A stretch of DNA of 32,000 nt, taken from NCBI RefSeq assembly GCF_016908415.1, contig NZ_JAFBDW010000004.1, positions 257,893-289,892 of the forward strand, given 5' to 3'. How positions within the stretch are numbered: position 1 is the first letter of the stretch; every line of letters begins with the position of its first letter. Positions 1 to 9,649 of the stretch are shown one piece after another. Made by a program: the position numbers and the translations under genes. The stretch is from Caldicoprobacter guelmensis. GTDB lineage: Bacteria; Bacillota; Clostridia; Caldicoprobacterales; Caldicoprobacteraceae. The notes under the pieces are model-generated. The model worked only from the letters and a program-made list of their open reading frames with translations. It ran no database searches and was not told where the DNA came from.

Positions 1-16
1 GGCACATAAATATGCA

Positions 17-45
17 TTGATTTTTGTTAAATATTCGTTTATAAT
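17..45 (+). promoter_or_regulatory. sigmaA-type promoter candidate for the amino-acid ABC transporter operon
   Basis: TTGATT (17-22), 17 nt spacer, TATAAT (40-45); lies about 50 nt upstream of the purine-rich RBS and ATG at 99. Confidence 0.45.
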
Positions 46-98
46 TAACAAAGTTGATATATCTTTGTGTTTAAAAAAATGGGAGAGGAGAGGTTTTA

Positions 99-860
99 AT
101 GAAACGAGTACTTATCTATATACTTGCCATTGTGTTGGTGTTTTCGTTAATGGGTTGTGGCTCGAAGATCGATACCATGAAGCGCATACAGGAGACCAAA
201 AAGATTATATGGGGTACCAATGCTGCTTTTGCGCCTTTTGAGATGAGGCAAGGGGATAAGGTGATCGGTATCGATGCCGAGATTGCGCAGAGGATTGCTG
301 ACAAGCTGGGCGTTGAGCTGGTGGTTGAGGATATGGAGTTTGAGGCACTCATGCCGGCATTGAAATCGGGCAAGATCGATTTTATAGCCGCTGGTTTTAC
401 CGTTAAGCCTGACAGGGCCAAGCAAGTCCTTTTTACTGATACCTATTTTAAAGCGGTACAGGTCATAATTGTGATGAAGGATAACCAGGAAATTAAGGGA
501 CCTGAAGATTTGAAGGGTAAAAGGATTGGCGTACAGAATGCTACTACCGGCGACTTTGTGGCTTCTGAGATTGAAGGGGCTGAGGTTAAGCGTTACAACA
601 ACGGTATGGAAGCCGTCATGGACCTCAAAAATGGGAATATCGACGCTGTGATAATTGACAACCTGCCTGCACAGATGCTGGCACAGAAGAATCCTGAGGT
701 AAAGATACTGGATAAGAGCCCATCTGAGGAAGAAGAGTATGCTCTGGCCGTGCGCAAGGGCGACACCGAGCTTCAAAAGATCATAAATGAGGTTCTTGAC
801 GAGATGAAGAAGAGCGGAGAGATAGAAGAGCTGGTGAAGAAGTATTCCCTGGGAGAATAA
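99..860 (+). CDS. polar amino-acid ABC transporter substrate-binding lipoprotein (SBP family 3)
   Basis: 253 aa; signal peptide ending in lipobox LMGC; body typical of His/Gln/Arg-type binding proteins (WGTNAAFAPFE, IDFIAAGFT, IGVQNATTGD); first gene of permease/ATPase operon. Confidence 0.9.
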   Translation: MKRVLIYILAIVLVFSLMGCGSKIDTMKRIQETKKIIWGTNAAFAPFEMRQGDKVIGIDAEIAQRIADKLGVELVVEDMEFEALMPALKSGKIDFIAAGFTVKPDRAKQVLFTDTYFKAVQVIIVMKDNQEIKGPEDLKGKRIGVQNATTGDFVASEIEGAEVKRYNNGMEAVMDLKNGNIDAVIIDNLPAQMLAQKNPEVKILDKSPSEEEEYALAVRKGDTELQKIINEVLDEMKKSGEIEELVKKYSLGE

Positions 861-883
861 ATGACCTTGAGAGTTAAAGCATG

Positions 884-923
884 AGCTAGCATTGGTACAA
901 GGCCGGTGCTAGCTTGTTTTTTT
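884..923 (+). terminator. intra-operon rho-independent terminator/attenuator after the binding-protein gene
   Basis: Perfect 8 bp stem AGCTAGCA (884-891) / TGCTAGCT (907-914) followed by TGTTTTTTT; sits between the binding-protein and permease genes. Confidence 0.55.
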
Positions 924-954
924 GTAAAATTTAATTGAAAAGGGAGAGAATATT

Positions 955-1641
955 GTGTTGGAGGGTATATTCAGGGTTTTATCTGATGCAATATACTTCA
1001 ATCTAATCAAGGAAGAGCGGTACATGTTATTTGTAAACGGGCTTAAGGTTTCAATACAGCTCACTGTTTTTGCTGCAATAATAGGCGTTATAATAGGCCT
1101 TATGATGGCTATAGCCAAGCTGACAAACAATAGAATATTGAACAGGATTGCCACGGCATACACTGATGTTATAAGAGGTACCCCTTCAGTAGTTCAGCTG
1201 ATTGTGATATACTATGCTATACTAGGGAGCAGTCAGCTTCCCAAATTGTTGGTGGCGTCGCTGGCCTTTGGCATAAACAGCGGGGCTTATGTTACCGAAC
1301 TCATACGTGCAGGGATACAGGCGGTCGACAAGGGGCAGATGGAGGCTGCCAGGTCGCTGGGGCTGTCATACGCTCAGGCTATGCGATATGTCATAGTACC
1401 CCAGGCTGTAAAGAATATTCTACCTGCACTGGTCAGCGAATTCATTGTCCTGCTTAAGGAGACTGCTGTGGCCGGGTATATTGCTCTGGATGACCTAACT
1501 CGTGCGGGGACTATCGTGCGTGGGCGAACCTTTGACCCTTATACCCCCTTCATATTGGTGGCGCTTATATATCTCTATCTTACTTCTATCTTGACGGCCT
1601 TCATGGGCAGGCTGGAGAGGAGGCTCAGGCAAAGTGATTAA
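955..1641 (+). CDS. amino-acid ABC transporter permease (His/Glu/Gln/Arg/opine family)
   Basis: 228 aa, GTG start preceded by AAAGGGAGAG; multiple hydrophobic helices; EAA-type loop motif ([23 protein letters not shown]). Confidence 0.9.
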   Translation: MLEGIFRVLSDAIYFNLIKEERYMLFVNGLKVSIQLTVFAAIIGVIIGLMMAIAKLTNNRILNRIATAYTDVIRGTPSVVQLIVIYYAILGSSQLPKLLVASLAFGINSGAYVTELIRAGIQAVDKGQMEAARSLGLSYAQAMRYVIVPQAVKNILPALVSEFIVLLKETAVAGYIALDDLTRAGTIVRGRTFDPYTPFILVALIYLYLTSILTAFMGRLERRLRQSD

Positions 1642-2356
1642 AGTGGTTGACCTGCACAAGTCTTTCGGCAATGTGGAGGTGCTAAGGGGCATAAACACCG
1701 AGATACGAAAAGGGGAAGTGGTTTGCGTAATAGGGGCCAGCGGCTCGGGCAAAAGCACTTTCCTGCGCTGCCTAAATCTGCTTGAGGAGCCCACTAAAGG
1801 GGAGATATACATTGACGGGATTTCGCTTATGGAACACAAGAAAGACATCAACAAGCTGCGGCAAAAGGTAGGCATGGTGTTTCAGCAGTTTAACCTGTTT
1901 CCACATATGACGGTGCTGGAGAACATCATGCTGGCTCCGGTAAAGGTCAAAAAAATGCCCGAGGATCAGGCAAGGCGTAAAGCCATCGAGCTGCTGAGAA
2001 AGGTGGGCTTATCCGATAAGGACAATGCTTACCCCAGCCAGCTTTCAGGGGGCCAAAAGCAGAGGGTGGCCATTGCACGGGCTTTGGCCATGGACCCTGA
2101 GGTCATGCTGTTTGATGAACCCACGTCGGCTTTAGACCCAGAGATGGTGGGTGAGGTACTGGCTGTCATGAAGCAGCTGGCCATGGAGGGTATGACCATG
2201 GTGGTGGTAACCCATGAAATGGGTTTTGCCAGGGAAGTAGGGGACAGAATCCTCTTTATGGATGAAGGGGTCATTTTGGAGGAGGGTACGCCTGAAGAGC
2301 TGTTTGGCAATCCGAAGAAGGAAAGGACCCGTACCTTCTTAAGCAAAGTTTTATAA
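1634..2356 (+). CDS. amino-acid ABC transporter ATP-binding protein (GlnQ-like)
   Basis: 240 aa; Walker [10 protein letters not shown], signature LSGGQKQR, Walker [13 protein letters not shown]-loop VTHEM; start overlaps permease stop by 8 nt. Confidence 0.95.
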   Translation: MIKVVDLHKSFGNVEVLRGINTEIRKGEVVCVIGASGSGKSTFLRCLNLLEEPTKGEIYIDGISLMEHKKDINKLRQKVGMVFQQFNLFPHMTVLENIMLAPVKVKKMPEDQARRKAIELLRKVGLSDKDNAYPSQLSGGQKQRVAIARALAMDPEVMLFDEPTSALDPEMVGEVLAVMKQLAMEGMTMVVVTHEMGFAREVGDRILFMDEGVILEEGTPEELFGNPKKERTRTFLSKVL

Positions 2357-2369
2357 AGGAGGAAGAGAA

Positions 2370-2954
2370 TTGAGGGCTGCTACAATAGTTTTTTGGTTAA
2401 TTGGCATATTAATCCTTGCGCCCATTGTGGTATTGAATGCCAAAACCATATGGCGCAAGTGGAAAAACAAAGAAGTAAAGATGGCATATACTCGTTTGGC
2501 TGTGGTTTTGATTGCATGCGTGGTTATTGTAGTGTTTTTAATATCGCTGTATAAGTTTACATTGGGGTATCAGTTGCCTTTGGTGATGGAACGAACCATT
2601 GACATATTCACCCAGCGCGTAGAGGGCGATATAGATACGGCTACCTACCGTCAAATGCTATTGGATGCGGGATTGGTGGATGTGGGGTTTAGGCCTATAC
2701 CTGATGAGGAGTTGACGGAGGTAGGTTTTATAAAGGGAGAGAAGTATTCGGTGGACATAAGCGAGCAGGTTTATGACAATGACGGTGATACGGCTGTCAT
2801 GTATGCCCGCCATCGAGGGGGAGGTCGGGCCATCTATACGGCTGTGAGGTTTAAATTCTCCGCAAATAAATGGAAGGCCCTGGAACACTGGGTTGTTCCC
2901 CAAGAGGAGATACAAAAGGTATCGGGTATCAGGTTTATTGAGATAAAGTCGTAA
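2370..2954 (+). CDS. hypothetical membrane-anchored protein (two N-terminal TM helices plus about 120 aa soluble domain)
   Basis: 194 aa ORF, TTG start 6 nt after AGGAGGAAG; two hydrophobic segments; no family recognised by eye. Confidence 0.55.
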   Translation: MRAATIVFWLIGILILAPIVVLNAKTIWRKWKNKEVKMAYTRLAVVLIACVVIVVFLISLYKFTLGYQLPLVMERTIDIFTQRVEGDIDTATYRQMLLDAGLVDVGFRPIPDEELTEVGFIKGEKYSVDISEQVYDNDGDTAVMYARHRGGGRAIYTAVRFKFSANKWKALEHWVVPQEEIQKVSGIRFIEIKS

Positions 2955-2964
2955 ACAGGTGAAG

Positions 2965-3129
2965 TTATTTTTGGGTTTTATATTTGGCGTATTGAAGTAT
3001 CAGCTCGTCCAACTCTTGGCTGAGCTTTATTACCTCTTGATCGTTTAAATTAAAATTTTTGACGAGAAGCAATTTTTTCAAGGCCTCTCGCTTTTCTTCA
3101 ATTTGCCTAACTAGCCATTGTTCATCCAT
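2965..3129 (-). CDS. Spo0E-like sporulation regulatory aspartyl-phosphate phosphatase
   Basis: ORF-track 81 aa ORF trimmed to the internal ATG at 3129, which is preceded by AGGAGGTG; 54 aa helical protein carrying the Spo0E-family SQELD motif (VIKLSQELDELILQY). Confidence 0.7.
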   Translation of the reverse strand: MDEQWLVRQIEEKREALKKLLLVKNFNLNDQEVIKLSQELDELILQYAKYKTQK

Positions 3130-3369
3130 TGTTGCACCTCCTTTTCCTATATTGTGACACATTTCGCTCTTTTGGTGGGAAAAAAATGACGAAATATTAC
3201 AAAATACCACAAAATTATAGGATTATTCCCCCAAAAAATAATTGGTTTTAAAAGGCGTTTGGCTAAATTAGACAAAGGGTAAAAATTTAGTAGATGAATA
3301 AAAAAGGAGGAGTCTTTCAACTTTTATCGAATCTAATAGATAAAAGCAATTATGAAAGGAGCTGGCCTT

Positions 3370-3906
3370 ATGGTGATTAAATTAACTGGTAAAAACGTGG
3401 CTATCACCGATGCCTTAAGGGAGCATGTAAACAAAAAGGTTGGAAAGCTGGAGAAGTATTTTCCATCTGAAACCGAAGTGCAGGTGACCATGTCGGTCCA
3501 AAACTTTCGTCATATAGTTGAAGTAACAATACCCTTTAATGGGCTGGTCATCCGCGCAGAAGAAATGACAAATGACATGTACGCTTCCATCGACAATGTC
3601 ATTGACAAACTCGAAAGGCAGATACACAAGCACAAGACCAAGCTTGAAAGGAGGTTTAAGAACGGCGCATTGAGGTATGATAATGCTGACTTTGGCCAGC
3701 AAACAGAGTTGGATGAAGAACCACCCCGGGTGGTGAAGACAAAACGGTTTCCGTTAAAGCCTATGACGGTGGATGAGGCTATTCTACAGATGGAGCTGTT
3801 GGGTCATAGCTTTTTCGTATTTATCGATGGTGATGATGACCATGTAAAGGTGCTTTACAAGCGCAAGGATGGCAACTACGGTTTAATTGAGCCCGAATAC
3901 ATGTAA
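3370..3906 (+). CDS. hpf: ribosome hibernation promoting factor, long form (HPF/YvyD)
   Basis: N-terminal S30AE domain (VIKLTGKNVAITDALREHVNKKVGKLEKYF) plus C-terminal dimerisation domain (MTVDEAILQMELLGHSFFVF...YKRKDGNYGLIEP); start moved to the ATG at 3370, downstream of AAAGGAG. Confidence 0.9.
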   Translation: MVIKLTGKNVAITDALREHVNKKVGKLEKYFPSETEVQVTMSVQNFRHIVEVTIPFNGLVIRAEEMTNDMYASIDNVIDKLERQIHKHKTKLERRFKNGALRYDNADFGQQTELDEEPPRVVKTKRFPLKPMTVDEAILQMELLGHSFFVFIDGDDDHVKVLYKRKDGNYGLIEPEYM

Positions 3907-3910
3907 AAAA

Positions 3911-3936
3911 AAGGGAGCCGTTAAGCTCCCTTTTTA
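3911..3936 (+). terminator. rho-independent terminator of hpf
   Basis: GGGAGC (3913-3918) / GCTCCC (3925-3930) hairpin followed by TTTTTAT. Confidence 0.75.
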
Positions 3937-4078
3937 TATGGAAATACTATTATCGAACAAGGATTACGGTGTCACAAGTTGAAGAAAAGTGTAATGTTCT
4001 TTGTTCACTTTGTAATTGAAGTAATGATAACTGTTATAGTACAATAGTATCAACCAATTAAACTAGGAGGTATGAACA

Positions 4079-5341
4079 GTGGATTCAATTGATATTAAAA
4101 ACTTCATTATCGAGAATATTGATAGGCCGCGAGAGCTGGAAAAAATGTATAGGAAAGACCCGGAAGCCTTTAAAGAGGCTTTTACATATGCGTGGGAGCA
4201 CAATCCTGATTCACAGGTCCTTGCTGTGTGGTATGAAAGGCTGTATTATGATGAGAGAAGAGAAGAAGTGGAAAAGAGGAAGACCAGATTATATCGAAAA
4301 GATTTTTTGTTGATAGCTGTACTTGCAGTGCTTGCAGGTATAAGTACCAGGCTAATCTTGTATTTTGCAGAAAAAGGAACAATAGCTTCTGTTAACCTTA
4401 TCTTTGGTGTATTTCCGTTTATTGCTGCTTATTTTATTTACCGTAATGCTCTTAAGAAGAGTATTGTTTATACCGTGGCAGCTCTGTTTTTTGTGTCAGC
4501 GGTATATATCAATTTATTGCCACTGAAGCCAAAGGACAGTATAATTTTGGCATACTTACACCTTCCGGTTTTTTTGTGGGTGCTACTGGGGTTTGCCTAT
4601 GTAGGAAATGAACACAAAAAGAGCGTTGCAAGGTTGAACTATTTGAAGTTTAACGTGGAATTTATAGTGTTATATGCCAGTATGGCAATAAGTGGGATGT
4701 TGCTCGCACTGTTGACTACCCAGCTTTTTAGATTCATCGGTATGGATGTTTCTGAATTGTACTTTGAAAACGTTGTGTTGTTTGGTGCCGCTGCCCTTGC
4801 TGTGGTGGCGGCATACCTGGTGTCAGGAAGCTTTAAACTTGGTAAAAACATCGTCCCCTATCTGGCCGAAATTTTTAGCCCTCTTTTCTTGGTTACCTTG
4901 TCGGTTTATCTCATTACAGTTGTTTGGATGGGCAAAAATCCCTTCTTGGATCGCAATTTTCTCTTATCATTTAACGGAATACTCCTGGGCGTATTGGCGC
5001 TAACAATATTTTCCATAATCGAGCGCCGTTTTCGTGAGGAAAAGAACATCATCGATTATGTAAACTGTGCTTTGATATTCCTTGCCCTTGTCATTGATAG
5101 TGTGGCTTTATCAGCCATAGTGTTCAGAATTACTTCTTACGGAGTCACTCCCAATAGGCTGGCAGTATTAGGCCTAAATATTGTGGTATATATTAACCTA
5201 GTATGGATTATGCTCCCTTATATCAGATATCTCAAGAATAAAGCAGGCCTTAATGTCATACAAGATGCCATTGCCCGTTATTTACCCATTTACGGGCTTT
5301 GGGCAGCTTTTGTCACATTTGGTTTTCCATTGATTTTTTAG
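4079..5341 (+). CDS. polytopic integral membrane protein of unknown function with about 70 aa charged cytoplasmic N-terminus
   Basis: 420 aa; GTG start 8 nt after AGGAGG (4065-4070); about 10 hydrophobic helices after a charged N-terminal domain; family not recognised with confidence. Confidence 0.7.
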   Translation: MDSIDIKNFIIENIDRPRELEKMYRKDPEAFKEAFTYAWEHNPDSQVLAVWYERLYYDERREEVEKRKTRLYRKDFLLIAVLAVLAGISTRLILYFAEKGTIASVNLIFGVFPFIAAYFIYRNALKKSIVYTVAALFFVSAVYINLLPLKPKDSIILAYLHLPVFLWVLLGFAYVGNEHKKSVARLNYLKFNVEFIVLYASMAISGMLLALLTTQLFRFIGMDVSELYFENVVLFGAAALAVVAAYLVSGSFKLGKNIVPYLAEIFSPLFLVTLSVYLITVVWMGKNPFLDRNFLLSFNGILLGVLALTIFSIIERRFREEKNIIDYVNCALIFLALVIDSVALSAIVFRITSYGVTPNRLAVLGLNIVVYINLVWIMLPYIRYLKNKAGLNVIQDAIARYLPIYGLWAAFVTFGFPLIF

Positions 5342-5372
5342 AATTGTAATACCATATTGCTGCCGAAAATCC

Positions 5373-5401
5373 TTGAATGTTTGTTGAATAAATGTTAAAA
5401 T
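5373..5401 (+). promoter_or_regulatory. sigmaA-type promoter candidate for secA
   Basis: TTGAAT (5373-5378), 17 nt spacer, TGtTAAAAT extended -10 (TAAAAT at 5396-5401). Confidence 0.45.
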
Positions 5402-5469
5402 GAAATGGTTATAAATCCATAGAAATGAATGCGCTCTTTAAGGTGTAGCGCTTATCGAGGTGTTGTAAT

Positions 5470-8154
5470 ATGGTTTCGCTTTTAAAAAAAATACTGGGAG
5501 ATAGCAACGAGAGGGAGATAAAGCGGCTTGAAAAGCTGGTTGACAGGATAGAAGCGCTTGAGCCAGATATGCAGACGCTTACTGATAGCCAACTTAGGGG
5601 GAAGACGGAGGAGTTTAAAAAAAGGCTGGCCGACGGTCAGACGCTGGATGACCTGCTGCCCGAGGCTTTTGCCGTGGTACGTGAGGCGGCAAGGCGCGTG
5701 CTGGGCATGAGGCATTTCAGGGTTCAGCTGCTGGGCGGCATAGTGCTCCATCAGGGCAGGATCGCCGAGATGAAAACTGGCGAGGGTAAAACCTTGGTGG
5801 CTACCTTGCCGGCATATTTAAATGCCCTTACCGGCAAAGGGGTGCACATCGTGACCGTCAACGATTATTTGGCCCGGCGCGATAGCGAGTGGATGGGCAA
5901 GATATACCGCTTTTTGGGTTTGTCGGTAGGGCTTATAGTTCATGGCCTGACGCCCGATCAACGCCGCAAGAGCTATGCTGCTGACATCACCTACGGTACA
6001 AATAACGAGTTTGGGTTTGACTACCTGCGGGACAACATGGTGATATACAAGGAGGATATGGTACAGCGTGAGCTCAACTATGCCATTATAGACGAGGTGG
6101 ACTCGATACTCATAGATGAGGCGCGTACCCCCCTTATCATTTCAGGGCCGGCCGAAAAATCGACTGACCTGTATTACCATGCGAACAGGTTTGTCCTGCA
6201 GCTTAAAAAGGATATTGATTATGAAGTCGATGAGAAGGCCCATACCGTCCACCTGACAGAGGAGGGCGTGGCAAAGGCTGAAAAGTTTTTCGGCGTTGAA
6301 AACCTGGCCGATCCTGAGAACATAACCATATCCCATCACATAAAGCAGGCGCTTAAGGCACATGCCCTCATGAAGCGGGACAGGGACTATGTGGTAAAGG
6401 ATGGCCAGGTCATAATAGTTGATGAGTTTACCGGAAGGCTCATGCTGGGCAGGCGCTACAGCGATGGCTTGCACCAGGCCATAGAGGTCAAAGAAGGGGT
6501 AAAGGTGGAGCGGGAGAGCAAGACCCTTGCCACCATCACCTTCCAGAACTATTTCCGCATGTATAAAAAGTTGGCCGGCATGACGGGTACCGCTAAAACT
6601 GAAGAAGACGAATTTAAGACCATCTACGGCCTAGATGTGGTGGTAATACCCACAAACAAGCCCATGATCCGAAAGGACTACAATGATGTAATTTATCTTA
6701 CCAAGGAGGCTAAGTTCAGGGCGGTGGTGGATGAGATAGCCCAGCGCTATGCGGTAGGGCAGCCGGTACTTGTGGGTACAGTGTCCATTGAAAATTCCGA
6801 GCTGCTCAGCGAGATGCTCAAGCGGCGGGGTATTCCCCACCAGGTGCTCAATGCCAAATACCACGAAAAAGAGGCTGAGATAATAGCCCAGGCCGGCAAG
6901 TACAAGGCAGTCACCATTGCTACTAACATGGCCGGTCGAGGTACTGACATACTGCTGGGCGGCAATCCTGAATTCATGGCTAAAAAGGAAATGCGCAGGA
7001 TGGGGTATTCCGATGACCTCATAAATCGTGCCACTGGATTTGAGGATATAGACGACCCTGAAGTATTAGAAGCCAGGAAAGTATTTAGGGAGCTTTATGA
7101 GAAATTCAAGGTTGAGACCGATAAGGAGCGGGAAAAAGTAGTCGCTCTTGGGGGCCTTCATATAATCGGTACCGAACGCCATGAGAGCCGACGTATCGAC
7201 GACCAGCTTCGTGGCCGTGCCGGTCGTCAGGGAGACCCGGGTTCTTCGCGGTTTTATATATCCCTTGAGGACGACCTGATGCGGTTGTTTGGCTCCGATA
7301 GGATCAAGTCGATAGTGCAGGCCCTTAAGATAGATGAAAATCAGCCTATAGAGTATGGCCTTTTGTCCAAGCAAATTGAGCAGGCGCAAAAGAGGGTGGA
7401 GGCGCGTAATTTCGAGATCCGTAAACACCTTCTCCAGTACGATAATGTCATGAACGTCCAGCGCGAGGTCATATACAGCCAGAGGCGAAGGGTCCTTGAG
7501 GGCGAGAACCTCAGGGATGCCATCATGGAGATGGTTGCTACTGTGGTGGAAAACGCCATTTCCATGTATACTGGAGGGGTGGATAGGCCAGAGGAGTGGA
7601 ATATACAGGGGCTTATCGAGTACCTTGAAGAGCTGTTTTTGCCCAAAGGTTCTGTGGTTATAAATGAAAATGAGTTACCTGCTTTGACCCGTGAATCGCT
7701 TAAAGCCAAAATTTTGGAGGTTGCCGAGGCTACCTACCGCAAGTTGGAAGAGGAGAACGGCCCTGAAAATATGCGCGAGGCCGAGAGAGTGATCCTGTTG
7801 CGGGTGGTGGACAAAAAATGGATGGACCACATAGACAACATGGAGCAGCTCAGGCAGGGTATAGGCCTTCGTGCTTATGGCCATAGAGACCCGGTGATTG
7901 AGTACCAAATAGAAGGGTATGAGATGTTTGAAGAGATGATACGCAGCATACAGGAGGAGACGGTATCGTTGCTCTATAGGCTTAAGATTAAAGAGAATAT
8001 GCCCAAGAGAGAAAAAGTAGCTGAACCTGTTGCCGCCACCCATGGTGAGGCGGTGAGAAAGCCTGTAGTAAAGGGCGAGAAGATAGGGCGCAATGACCCT
8101 TGTCCCTGTGGGAGTGGAAAGAAGTATAAGAAGTGTTGCGGACGCGCTGTTTGA
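5470..8154 (+). CDS. secA: preprotein translocase ATPase SecA
   Basis: 894 aa; Walker [13 protein letters not shown]-like [31 protein letters not shown]; C-terminal zinc-binding tail [14 protein letters not shown]. Confidence 0.98.
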   Translation: MVSLLKKILGDSNEREIKRLEKLVDRIEALEPDMQTLTDSQLRGKTEEFKKRLADGQTLDDLLPEAFAVVREAARRVLGMRHFRVQLLGGIVLHQGRIAEMKTGEGKTLVATLPAYLNALTGKGVHIVTVNDYLARRDSEWMGKIYRFLGLSVGLIVHGLTPDQRRKSYAADITYGTNNEFGFDYLRDNMVIYKEDMVQRELNYAIIDEVDSILIDEARTPLIISGPAEKSTDLYYHANRFVLQLKKDIDYEVDEKAHTVHLTEEGVAKAEKFFGVENLADPENITISHHIKQALKAHALMKRDRDYVVKDGQVIIVDEFTGRLMLGRRYSDGLHQAIEVKEGVKVERESKTLATITFQNYFRMYKKLAGMTGTAKTEEDEFKTIYGLDVVVIPTNKPMIRKDYNDVIYLTKEAKFRAVVDEIAQRYAVGQPVLVGTVSIENSELLSEMLKRRGIPHQVLNAKYHEKEAEIIAQAGKYKAVTIATNMAGRGTDILLGGNPEFMAKKEMRRMGYSDDLINRATGFEDIDDPEVLEARKVFRELYEKFKVETDKEREKVVALGGLHIIGTERHESRRIDDQLRGRAGRQGDPGSSRFYISLEDDLMRLFGSDRIKSIVQALKIDENQPIEYGLLSKQIEQAQKRVEARNFEIRKHLLQYDNVMNVQREVIYSQRRRVLEGENLRDAIMEMVATVVENAISMYTGGVDRPEEWNIQGLIEYLEELFLPKGSVVINENELPALTRESLKAKILEVAEATYRKLEEENGPENMREAERVILLRVVDKKWMDHIDNMEQLRQGIGLRAYGHRDPVIEYQIEGYEMFEEMIRSIQEETVSLLYRLKIKENMPKREKVAEPVAATHGEAVRKPVVKGEKIGRNDPCPCGSGKKYKKCCGRAV

Positions 8155-8196
8155 GTGCGACGTGTCAAAATAAAATTTAAGAAAGGGGATGATAGA

Positions 8197-9301
8197 GTGG
8201 TTGAACTCGAAAATGCAAGATTTGAGCTTAAATCGATAAAAGATTCACTTGCCAGGATAGGTGGTTCACTTTGACATATCGGGCTGCGAGCAAAAGATAA
8301 AGGAATTAGAGCAGTCCATGAACGATCCTGATTTTTGGAATGATATAGAGCGGTCTCAAAAGGTAAACCGTGAGATAAAAGCTTTGAGAAACAAGGTTGA
8401 AAGGTTTAAAAAGCTGTGGTCTAAAATCGAGGACCTGGAGGTTTTAATAGAACTTGCACTGGAGGAACAGGACTATTCGGTGGCTGATGAGGTGACCAGC
8501 AGCCTCCGTAAGTTAGAAAAAGAAGTGAATGCATTTAATATGGAGACCCTGCTTAACGGTCCTTATGACCGAAACAACGCCATAGTATCCCTTCATGCCG
8601 GAGCAGGCGGTACCGAAGCCATGGATTGGGTGTCCATGCTGTTCCGGATGTATACCCGGTGGTGTGAGGATAAGGGGTACGAAGTCAAGGTTTTGGATAT
8701 GCTGCCGGGGGAAGAAGCCGGCATAAAGAGCGTCACCTTCCACGTCATTGGTCCCAATGCTTATGGCTATTTAAGGTGCGAGAGGGGGGTACACCGCCTG
8801 GTAAGGATCTCGCCGTTTGATGCTTCAGGGCGGCGGCACACCTCCTTTGCGTCGGTGGATGTCATGCCTGAGCTTGAGGATGACAACGAGATAGAGATTC
8901 GCCCCGAGGACTTACGCATAGATACTTACAGGGCCAGTGGGGCGGGTGGTCAGCATGTAAACAAGACCGAATCGGCGGTGCGAATAACCCATATCCCTAC
9001 AGGGATTGTGGTGCAGTGTCAAAACGAACGCTCTCAGATACAAAACCGTGAAACGGCCATGAAGATGCTGAAAGCAAGGTTGCTTGAACTTAAGGAGAGG
9101 GAGCAGGAGGAGAAGCTCAGGCAGCTTAAGGGCGAGGTGAAAAAGATAGAGTGGGGTAGCCAGATAAGGTCTTATGTATTCCATCCCTATAACCTGGTAA
9201 AGGACCATCGTACAGGGGTTGAGACCGGCAACATTCAAGCAGTCATGGATGGTGAGCTTGACCAGTTTATAAACGCTTATTTGTTGGCCAACGCTTCTTA
9301 A
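8197..9301 (+). CDS. prfB: peptide chain release factor 2, expressed through a programmed +1 ribosomal frameshift (8197..8271 joined to 8273..9301)
   Basis: The frame-0 ORF from GTG 8197 (VELENARFELKSIKDSLARIGGSL) ends at an in-frame TGA (8272-8274) within CTT TGA C. The +1 frame continues DISGCEQKIKELEQ... and carries the RF2 SPF motif (RISPFDA) and GGQ (SGAGGQHVN). The ORF-track start at 8261 is an artefact of the shift. Confidence 0.95.
8260..8275 (+). promoter_or_regulatory. prfB autoregulatory +1 frameshift site
   Basis: GGTGGT (SD-like) TCA CTT TGA C; slippery CTT (8269-8271) followed by TGA C, same architecture as the E. coli RF2 site. Confidence 0.85.
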
Positions 9302-9311
9302 AGCTGCAGGC

Positions 9312-9475
9312 CCATCCCCTCTTTATTTTTTTGGGTGCTCTCGAAAAGTCTGAGAGCTTTATTTTAGCTTGCTTGCAGGTTGCGTCTTGGGTACTTCACC
9401 CCCTAATTATTGTGCAAGGTTGCACTACAAAATCAATTGCTGTGCCTATATTGTTTAGTCACTTTTCTAGAATGT
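9312..9475 (+). repeat. dispersed intergenic repeat, copy A (MITE-like, non-coding)
   Basis: Aligns by eye along about 150 bp with 13370-13525. Shared perfect blocks are TTTATTTTAGCTT (9358-9370 vs 13413-13425) and CTTCACCCCCTAATTATT (9394-9411 vs 13448-13465), plus TGCAAGGTT and TGTGCCTAT. The inverted 7-mers GAAAAGT (9343-9349) and ACTTTTC (9461-9467) are conserved in both copies. Confidence 0.8.
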
Positions 9476-9486
9476 TTTTTTGTAAC

Positions 9487-9528
9487 GCTTTCGAAATGCC
9501 CAAGAGCTCTATTTTAGCTTGTTTACTG
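9487..9528 (+). repeat. tandem partial copy of the head of the same repeat
   Basis: GCTTTCGAAATGCCCAAGAGCTCTATTTTAGCTTGTTTACTG matches the head of copy A (9337-9378) at about 33 of 42 positions by hand alignment. Confidence 0.65.
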
Positions 9529-9649
9529 CTGAAGTTATTGAAGCGAGGATTGTGTTTTTTTCCTCGTAAAGCAGGAAAACATATTGAAGATGTAGAAAAA
9601 CATTATAATAGGATTAATGAAAAGCTGGAAAAAGAGAGGGGGATGTCGA

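Noticed and set aside
8261-9301. ORF-track start of RF2 at 8261
   Set aside because: This is an artefact of the programmed +1 frameshift. The real N-terminus is encoded from 8197 in the other frame.
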